DNA of 35,868 nucleotides from Perkinsus olseni (Eukaryota): NCBI GenBank assembly GCA_013115125.1, contig JABANN010000355.1, positions 1 to 35,868 of the forward strand, read 5' to 3'. Shown piece by piece: positions 24,830 to 34,000 of this stretch (position 1 is its first letter; each line of letters starts with the position of its first letter). The notes under the pieces were generated by a model. It saw only the letters and a program-made list of their open reading frames with translations, ran no database searches and was not told where the DNA came from. The position numbers and the translations under genes were made by a program.

Positions 24830-27075
24830 ATGCCCGGTTTTGAGTCCGCCGAGAATCTTGCCAGTGATCTGGACGGCTGCATGCGTCAAGTAAGTTCATC
24901 AGCGTCGGGGATAACTAGAGAAGATTGAAAATTAGAATATTTTTTCTGAGTGTCAGAGACCGAGTGGCTGGGAACCCAGCAGCCGAGTCTTTCCGTGTGG
25001 AATCAAATCTTTCATGTCGTCTGCCACTCAGCGTCAGCGCACCTCCATATTTGAGCAATATACAGGGTGCCGACTCAAAAAGGGCCCACCCCTCATGAAT
25101 TTTTGGGTCGGACGAGTTAGGACTTGTAATGTACACCAATCGAGAGCTCTCATTCAGCTCTGCATAACCCCGCTTTTAGCCGCAACTCGTTCGCACGAAG
25201 AAATCAAGAGGGGTGGGCCATGTTTAAGTCGGCACCCTTTAGGATGAGCGGGAAATACTCTAGTCCAATACGCGGATAGAGGAGTCCGTCTCAGTTAATC
25301 GTCAGCAGTCTAAGGGTAGATTGCTCAAGTCTAGCAGGAGACAACCTCACAAAAAGTGGCGTGCGCGCCTGCGACAGCACAACGTATACCTAGCGAGCGT
25401 TGTCAAAAAATTCGTGCACTTGTTCTCATTAATTTGTTTGCTCCGGAGTGAGGCTCTCTTTTCAGTACGCGGCCGTTACGTTGACATTGTTGAGCGCACG
25501 GGAAAGAATCGTGAAAGACCTGAGGTTCTCAAAGAGCTGCCCGAATTTCGTTCGACGACGGAAGTCTTACCGAAAGTATGAGTTCCACAACTGCTACGGC
25601 CGCTTCTACATAGCGGTCATCAATGGGCGAATACCGTTCAAAAAGGTAAGTGGGGGGATTCGATCCGGGGACCTTTTGATTACCTTCGCAGGTTTTAGAG
25701 AAACTTCAGTCTGAAGTTCGTGAGAAGCACCTTGAATGCTCGACACTTGACGCATGCGCAGGGGTATCCGATCTTCAAGATTTTGCGGAGAAGTAAGTTG
25801 TTGCTAGGGATTGAACCCGGGACCTTTCGATGATAACAGAGCCAGGTGCGGTATCCAGCCGGTGACGAAGGAGACTGTGGACGTTGATGCTGTTGTGGGT
25901 CGGATAGAAGAGGAACCGGTCGACGACCCATCGAATATCAAATTCGTCCATGATGTGAGTCAGGCGTATCTTGTGCCTGTGTCTCAGTCGTGCGTCGACC
26001 TCGGATTCCTCATTCTGGCAAATTCTCTGTTCAGTCCGACCCGGAGTATCTTTCCTTGGAGATGACAAAGGAGCGGTACCAGGAGATGATCACATCAGCC
26101 GAAACCTTCTTGAAGACTCGCCTGAACGTGGAAGATTCCGATATTTTACCGCGCGCCACGAAATTATTCAAGCTCTGTGTCGTCTGCTATATCATGGCAT
26201 CATCCCCTCTCTACTGGGGATTCGGGCCCAAGGTAGCAGCCTTCACGACGAAGGGAAAGTGATCTGCTTCGGCACGTGGCTGTAGGTTTACCAATTCGTC
26301 GGGAGCCAGCTGAATGCGCAGCTCGAAGGATACGCCAGCCCATTCAATCATACGCTGAATAGATATTGCAGCCCCTTCAGTTTGGATATGGTAGGGAATC
26401 TTAGCTTCAACCGTGGAAGATGCGGAATAGGTTAGGTTGAAGACTCTCATCCAGGTGTTTGGATCGCTCGGGACTGTGTATGGCGCTCCTGTTATTGAAG
26501 AAGTAAGGAAGGTTCTTCCCACCCTCGAGGCCGACCAGCCACTCACGCTCGTTCTCAATCCGCCGTATCTCGAATCTGAGCTCATGAACTGCGCTCATAG
26601 AGTGGCCGAGCTGGTCGATCTGGACGCGCGGATTCGAGTCCTGTGTATAGTACCGCAGTGGGACGATGCGCCGGGTATCAAGGCTCTGCGGGGACGGGAT
26701 GAGGCAGGGAAGTTGAAGGGAGTGCTGGCGGAGGATCGATTGCTTGGGAAATACGAGCACTACTACTGGGACTACCAGGTGAGGGAATCTTAGGTCGAAG
26801 GTTGTTAGTGGCGGGTGTTGTCAGAAATGGAGGCCGATTAATGCGAAGTTTGGTTCGAGGCTTTTGCTGTATAGTAAGGATGGTCGCTTGAGGGATGATG
26901 AGCGGGAAAGGATCGAGGAGCTAGTAGCTCTGATGAAGAAGACCCCTGAGGAGGTATCTTGGGCACTTACGCGATGCCAGGGTCAACCTAAGATCCTTGA
27001 TTGGTCGCTTTTCAGGAGGCTAGTGCTAATGAGAGACCTTTAAAGAGCGTGAGACTGACGCCTAGAGCAACGTGA
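24830..27075 (+). CDS. PCIF1/CAPAM-like N6-adenosine methyltransferase; first exon tentative
   Basis: The spliced product contains LEGYASPFNHTLNRYCSPFSLDM|VFGSLG, LVLNPPY, VLCIVPQWDD and EHYYWDY. These match the PCIF1 pattern ECFASPLN...YCS...FGSxG...NPPF...PxW in order. Confidence 0.82.
25063..25239. mobile_element. MITE of about 177 bp, Tc1/mariner-like, intronic
   Basis: Imperfect terminal inverted repeats of about 31 bp (CAGGGTGCCGACTCAAAAAGGGCCCACCCCT / AGGGGTGGGCCATGTTTAAGTCGGCACCCTT), with TA on both sides (25061-62, 25240-41) and no transposase. Confidence 0.8.
25646..25839 (-). repeat. Two consecutive short introns (25646-25691, 25793-25839), each with an antisense tRNA 3'-half-like element
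   Basis: Reverse complements are GTAATCAAAAGGTCCCCGGATCGAATCCCC and ATCGAAAGGTCCCGGGTTCAATCCCTAGC. Confidence 0.7.
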
Positions 27076-27478
27076 TCTCTAACGTTTCTTCAACATTATA
27101 AGTTGCATTGTGCTTCGCTGTGCTGAAGTCCGTGTTGAATATGTACATACTTGAAGAGTCTCCAATGGAGACTCCAAGATGGAGTGGGCGAGTTATCAAG
27201 GTCTTCTGAGTTTCAAGTCTCGCAGATAAGATAGTCCTTACGCTTTAAATGTCAGGAAGCCGTTCTAGCGGTCTACTGCTTAGTCGGGCGTGAATCTTCG
27301 TATGCATATCATTGTGGTGAAGTGCGTTGTTAAAAGATACGACAATTTTTGCAAAACTGTCAAAAGAGAATTGCCAAGTCAAAGAGAACTGTTGGCTTCC
27401 CACAGAATATCTATGTGGGAACTGAACTATTCTCTTTGACTATTTTCGTTCTCACCTGTCAGCTTGTTTTGTTCAGCA

Positions 27479-30469
27479 ATGTCCGAATCACCGATCATGA
27501 AGGTGCCGAAGGACGACCCTGGTCCGAGAGAGGACAATCTCGGATGGGCGGAATATTTCATGGCACTGGCGCATGTCACAGCGATGAGGAGCAAGGACCC
27601 CTCCACGCAGGTTCGATTCTATTCGGTGGCGATTTAACATAGCTTGAGGGAGCCTTCGAGCCATGTAGACGACCGAGTGGGGTGATCTTAGTTCGTGAAA
27701 CTCGGTTCACTCCCTTTTTATATCAGTATTCTTCGCTACGATAACAAATTGAAGCAATTGGTTCCTTCGTCGTAGCGCCGCCTTGCTAGTGCGGCATTAC
27801 CGCATTAAACCGGTAATTAAATTGTCGTGAATTACCGCCCGTAATCGCAGGCGCAATCTAAACGATTTTAAAGTCTGCCTAGTCATTGATCGCCATCAAA
27901 TGAGCTTGGTCTTCGAATGAGCATTCTACTCAGGTCGGTGCAGTGATCGTCAACCCTGATAATAAAGTGGTTGGCATCGGGTGAGTGCGGTGGCGAGAAT
28001 CTCTTTTATTTCATCGTCAAATGTTCGTGAGCTATATTGCTATCACATTCCTCGCTCAAACTCAATTCTGAAGTTCTGAGTTATTTCTTTGAGCGCTGCT
28101 CTCGGGCGGCCTTCGTTGATCGAAATTGTCACGTCGTGTCACTGAATACAGTTGAAGACTTCACGATAAAGCTGTATCGAACCACGGTTTGGATCTTGGG
28201 CGATTCATTTGCTCATTGCAGCAGTCCAGCTGCGATCCACCTTGTTCATAGTGAAGTTGAGTAATCATGTTCAGTACACCAGTTGTGCTTCTGTTCTCGG
28301 TGACAGCAATGTTTATCCATTGTTAGCTATGATCTGACTTGCCGCGCGGGTGGAGCGTCTTCTTTGTCACTTAATACGACGGTCGTATTACGACTTGATT
28401 ATTAACTGGTCGTAACTCCTTGGGGAGGTCGAGACGGGTATAGACTTTCCGGAGCGGAATCCTTACCTGTGGCATACATCCTAGAGACCCCGACGGTTGG
28501 TGCTTGCACTTGGTAATATCGAGATGGCACGCTGCCACTACAGCTAGTCCGATGCCGCATTGACGATGCCCATCTTAGGGCCTCATCCCCACCATGAATT
28601 CAACGAATACGGGCCAGACGAGTGCTCGCGACGTTGCTGACGACCCGCCTCATCAGTCTCGGGCGCATAGAACCAATCATCAGACTTTACGCCAGAGTTA
28701 ACCCCAGGCCAAGGGGAGGACTCCTCGTTGGGGATTACCCAATGGGTAACGGCTGAGCTCTTTCTCTTGCGCGCTCTCTTCGTGCCTTTCTGTCTGTGAT
28801 GAGAGATGAGCTTGGTCGCAGCAGTGGCCTGGGCAAGCCTGAGGCTCTGGTTGAGCACATCTACAAGTACGAGAGCCTCGTAAAGAGGCAGTCCTTTCTT
28901 TTCTTGCATGTTCTCTTTGCTGGATTCTTGCCTCATTCTATGAGCTTGTCGCCCGCTCTCAGTCAGCTGCTTTAGCTAGATCAACAAAGGGCTCAGACGC
29001 GGACTGCGAGGCCATCGGCGACTTCTTCGAGTTTCTCGCTGGGATTTTGGTGATCTACGGGAATACTGAGGCCCTTGGCTTACTGGTACATGCTGTAGTG
29101 CTGATTCAGGCGGTTGCGCAGACTCCAGCTAAGTCTTTGGATCTGTCGGTTTTCCCTGATCTTGGTATTTATCGAGTGAACAGTTCTCACCGCGAGCCTG
29201 CCTTGGTGGAGACACTTGCTTAAGGCTGAATAAAAAGAGAATACAAAATACTCTTCTTCTTAGAAGAGAGACCGCCCAAGTGGGGGCGTATGAAGCCGAA
29301 CCCGATCAATATCAGCATTGCATTCTGGGGCCCCGCTGCCGTATCCCAGCCACGGTATTGAGTTTGTTGCGCACACCACCGAATTATGGTGATGATAATG
29401 GGACATCTTAATGCAAAAGAAAAGTGCTCGGATTTCTCTCCGTTATGACCGCGGGATTACACGAAAATCGTACATAGGTAACGCGTTCTGCTTACGGTTT
29501 GTATTGATGTTTGACTGTTAGACTGTTAGACTAATCGTGAGAACTGGTTAGAAACGTTTGGAAATTCGCGATGGAATGAGCCCTCCAGCGTGGTGGTACT
29601 GCAAGCCTGCCAGATACAATGGCTTCCCGTCGATGGGAGAAATTGATAACGATGCCTTGTTGAATTGGGGAAAGAAGGGGGACAAACCCATTGACTCTAA
29701 GTAAGAGGCGGAGACGGCGAGTTCACTTGTGCGCCCACTATCAATTATTACGTTATGTTTAATACAACTTCTCGTGCAAGATGCCATCAACTTGATGCAG
29801 TATTCTGAATATTCAATATTGAATCTCGTCCGTTTTTGGCCAGCTTCTACTTCTAGCTGACACTGAGTATATTCTTATCAGATATTGGTTTGTGTGCCAT
29901 GCCGAGATGAATGCCATCATGAACAAGAACCAACACGACATCAGAGACTGTGCGATCTATACCACTCTTTTCCCGTGTCATGAGTGTGCCAAATTAATCC
30001 TACAGGTTGGCGAGTGAGCAATCTTGTCGCGCGCCACGAAATTCTTACCTCAGGCGGGCATCACTCATGTGTATTACGCCTCGGACAGTCATCACGATAC
30101 CGACAGCGCGCGGGCGAGCAGACGGATGTTGCGTTTGGCGCATGTTCATTGCGAGTGAGTTGCACGCATGCGCACGTACAGTATCCTACCGTTTCATCGG
30201 TCTCAAGATATCATGATAATGGGGTCGTTCAACCATCGATTAGTGAACAGCCCTTTGCGCTTTCAACTCAACTTGAGAACTATTTCTGTGTTCTTGATTT
30301 GCTTTACTCAACGGGCGTGGTGAAATTTTGTGCCAATTACATTGTTCCAATTGTGTTGTTGATTGCTGTCAATTACATTGTTGTCATCTCTTTCCTCAGG
30401 CGATTCATACCTCCCTCGTCGAGTCTTCGTGTACCAATGGTCGCTGGGCGGAAAAATTCGGGCTGTTGA
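27479..30469 (+). CDS. DCTD: dCMP deaminase; exons approx. 27479-27610, 27934-27980, 29614-29700, 29882-30005, 30054-30154, 30400-30469
   Basis: [32 protein letters not shown], the VCHAEMNAI zinc motif, [17 protein letters not shown] and ASRRML. Confidence 0.95.
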
Positions 30470-31029
30470 TGTTTTTTGCAGGCCTTTGTTGTTGAGTTGA
30501 TTTCAATGTTTATCCGGAAGGTCTGTTTGGGTCTTTTGAGAGGGTCGGGTTTGATGGGGTTAAGCTGGTGAGTTCAACCATCTATGTATGTGTGAGTTCA
30601 TAGCCCAACGCCGGTGGTTCCTGCTTAATTAGACTCTTGCCGATGTGCTCAGTCGAGGGCTCTCTGTAGGCTTGCAGCGAGCGTCGCCCTGTCTCTGCAT
30701 CTTCGGTGTGGCATAGTCTGGGAGCTCCTAATTCAGCAATCGGTAGCAGGATGGCGCTTTAGGATCACGCTCGTACTTTTCTGCAGTAGCCGTCCTGATC
30801 ACAGCCACACTGGCCTTCTTGAAGGGCACATGTCGCTACCGCTAATAGTCTTGTAGACCGTTGAACTGGGTTGTGAATCTATCGCAGATTCTTCCACCCC
30901 CTGTCGCTGCTCGTAGACCGGCGACCGAGAATCTGCGCACAGCGAAGATTCTTCAACTTGCTGATGTGTTTCGAGTATCTTAGCATAAGAACCATCTTTC
31001 TCGTAAAGCCCAACTAAGTCCTCCTTACG

Positions 31030-34000
31030 ATGTTGTCAAAGATCGCCTACCCAACCGTCCGCCCAGCATTCTCCTTCGTGACTGCCACTTCCTCTCGAGT
31101 CCGAGCCTTCAGTGCTCCTGCTGACACCAAGGTGAGCGCATCTTCGGAAATCTTTCTGTCATACAGAATCACCGCAGTACCTTTACTTTGTCCTCCCGAG
31201 AGACGCACTCTCGCGTTTGTTTGAGACCGGCTGATTGATAACACCACCGCCAGGGATCCAATCCTTCATCTTCTTGCCTTCCGCCACTCAGCGTAGCTTC
31301 TTATCGGAGCAGGATAGGATCAGTGGAATATGCTCAGCACACTGCTCAGGTTGTTCTTCCTCGTGACTCCAATCAAGCTCTAGGGATCGGCAAGTTTGCT
31401 GTGGAATTCCTAGACGGCAAGGTGAGAACGCTATACCACACCTTCCGCTACTCCTAATCCCATCGAATCTTGTCAGATTGGCGGTGATATCGATCCGGCT
31501 GTCTACCGAAGAGTGGAGATGTTCCACACCGATTCAGTGAGTCTCGTTTCTCGATTTTCTCTCAATATGAGTTTTCAGGTTATGTGCGGCATCTCAGCGT
31601 TAGCCATGCACACTAACGCCCCGACTCTGCTGAGAAGTGAGGCCTTGGAAGAGTATAGGGATCCGTAGGTTGGGGTTGGCTCGTTGGGCACATGATCACG
31701 AGTATTTCGATATTTTTCCATTTTTGCGGTTTTTGAAGATGGAAAATGACGCAGATTTTTTCCCTTTTTTGAGTCCTTTGCTGTGATGGATAGCGCTGAT
31801 TTTTCCGGTTTCTTCTGTTTTTTTCGAGAAGGAAAGATTGGCGCCGTTCCCAATATCCGGTGCAGGATTTATGAGGGGGCGTTGTGTCGATCGTTGATGG
31901 CTAACATTCACCCGACCTTGCCGTCCGTAATTGCTGCAATGTTGTGGCGCAGTGACTTTCGTCTTCAGACGAGGTGCGAAAGTTTTTGGAAGCTCCGAAA
32001 AGGTAAAGGCTGAGAAGGCGATCGCCGCTAACTCTAGTGCTGCGAGGGAGTGGGATTCTAATGGTGGGAATTTCGTGGCGCGCGAAATGTCTCACTGCTT
32101 ATGTGTTAGGCACGGTGTTCGGCTACAACGCTTGTAATCCGAAGCACCAGGTAATCAGAAGGTCCTGGGTTCGATCCTCGGTAGTGCTGTTATTCTAGGC
32201 GGGAGAATTTGGCCATAATGACTTCTACCCAGTAGTAGTCGCTGCTGCTCAGAAGACGGGCGAGGTTGATGGCAAGAAAGCTCTGAATGCTATGATCCTA
32301 GTCGGTAAGTTGGCGGTAAGCGGTCTGCGCCCTCTTCACTCGTCGTCTCTCCTGTTCGTACGGTATGATTGGTATGATCATTACGATTAGAGTCATCATC
32401 GCTATCCGTTTTTCAACACAAAAGTCAAGTGTTGCTGTATCCTAGGGTTCCCAGTACTGTATTGCTTGGTAATTGTTAATTGAAGCCAGAGGAAACACAG
32501 AGCATGGTCACGCTATTTTTGTTTTGGCATCTTAAAGGCATCTGTCGGAGTTAAAACTCTCATTTGCGAAATCCCCCCTTTCAGATGAGATCCGCGGCCG
32601 TCTGTGTGAGGTGTTCTCATTGAAGACGTACAAAATCGACCACGTGGTAAGGCGGCCCTCATCGGGCTTCGATTGCTCTCAGAGTCGGACAGGTCCATGG
32701 TGCTGTCGCTTCGGCCGCGGTGTATGGCGCTTTGATGGGAGCCACTCCGGAACAGATTGAAGCGGCTATTGGTAGTGGTGGGGCATAGCTTCCTTTCTGA
32801 AAGTCAGAAAATAGTCCTTGGGGGTATTCGAACCCCGGCCTGTGTTAAGGTATGACCAATGATCTGACATCGCTATCGTCGTTCAGGAATGTTCGTCGTG
32901 CATTACATCCCGTGGAGGGGCATCAGAGCCGGGAAGCAGCTGTCTGACTCTAAAGGCGCTTCGGCGGCTATAAGTGAGTCCGCTAAGACTCTCATCACTC
33001 CGGTTCCCGCGGTTGATAGGTACCGAGGCTGCTATCCTGTGCATGCAGCGAGCGATGAACGGCTTCATGGGGCCTAGGTGAGCTCGCTTCGAATCATTTG
33101 TCGTTGAGCTGATTTTGAAATTGATGAATCATGATTCTGTGCTGGACTTGGTGGTGTGCTTTTTGCCAGGGATGTCTTCCGCAATCCCGAGGCGATTTTC
33201 CGCTACTTTGAGCCTCAACAGGATGGGCAGTGTCCCTTTGATATTGTAAGATGGGGGGATTTGAGAAAAGCCACTTGCCAGGATTGAACTGACGACCTTC
33301 TGCTTACGAAGCAGACGCTCTACCACTAAGCTAAAGTGGCTCTGGTTTAATATAGTGACTAGTTTGGTTCCTCCTCAGGAGCTTAGCCACAGCGGGGGCG
33401 ACTTCGCCGTGATGGGGATGCACTTTAAGCTTGGCCTGTATGAACATCAGAGCGCTGGTGCTCTCCAGGGAATGATCGACCTGCTCATGTGAGTCCACCG
33501 TCGATAATTCTGGGAGCCGCATGAGTGATGAAAGCATTGTCGCAGACCGGGTATTTTTACCCGTTCTTCAAATATCCGCTTCATAGCGGATTTTGCGTCG
33601 CTTCCGGGGTGGCACGCTCTTTATGAGGACCACGTCGAGAGCTCCCTGAGAAATCATAGGGCTCCTGGGGATTTTCGTTCTTCGATACTCAGCGTTTGAC
33701 ACTATGAACTCCGCGGGGGAGAATACTTCACACTGTTGACAGGGCGCCTCTTCTCACGCCGTTCAACTCGAGCATTTAAAATTCATCTTATGCTGCATTT
33801 TTACTAGTAACGTGCATAAGTTAGTGATGGAGGAATTGAAATGGGTTGATTGATATCGTTGCACGGTCGACCGATTTGTGGATGTCAGGAATAACCCGGA
33901 GCTGATGAGGGATCCGTCGAAGATCAGAAACATCAACGTCGTGGCGTAGGACACTATCGGCCGCTGCCGGCGTTCCCTCTTTCCTTCCAGATACGAGCCT

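Noticed and set aside
25244-25279. ATG just after the MITE as the start of the PCIF1-like gene
   Set aside because: The frame stops after 11 codons. The coding frame instead opens at the AG acceptor at 25263 and joins exon 24830-24889.
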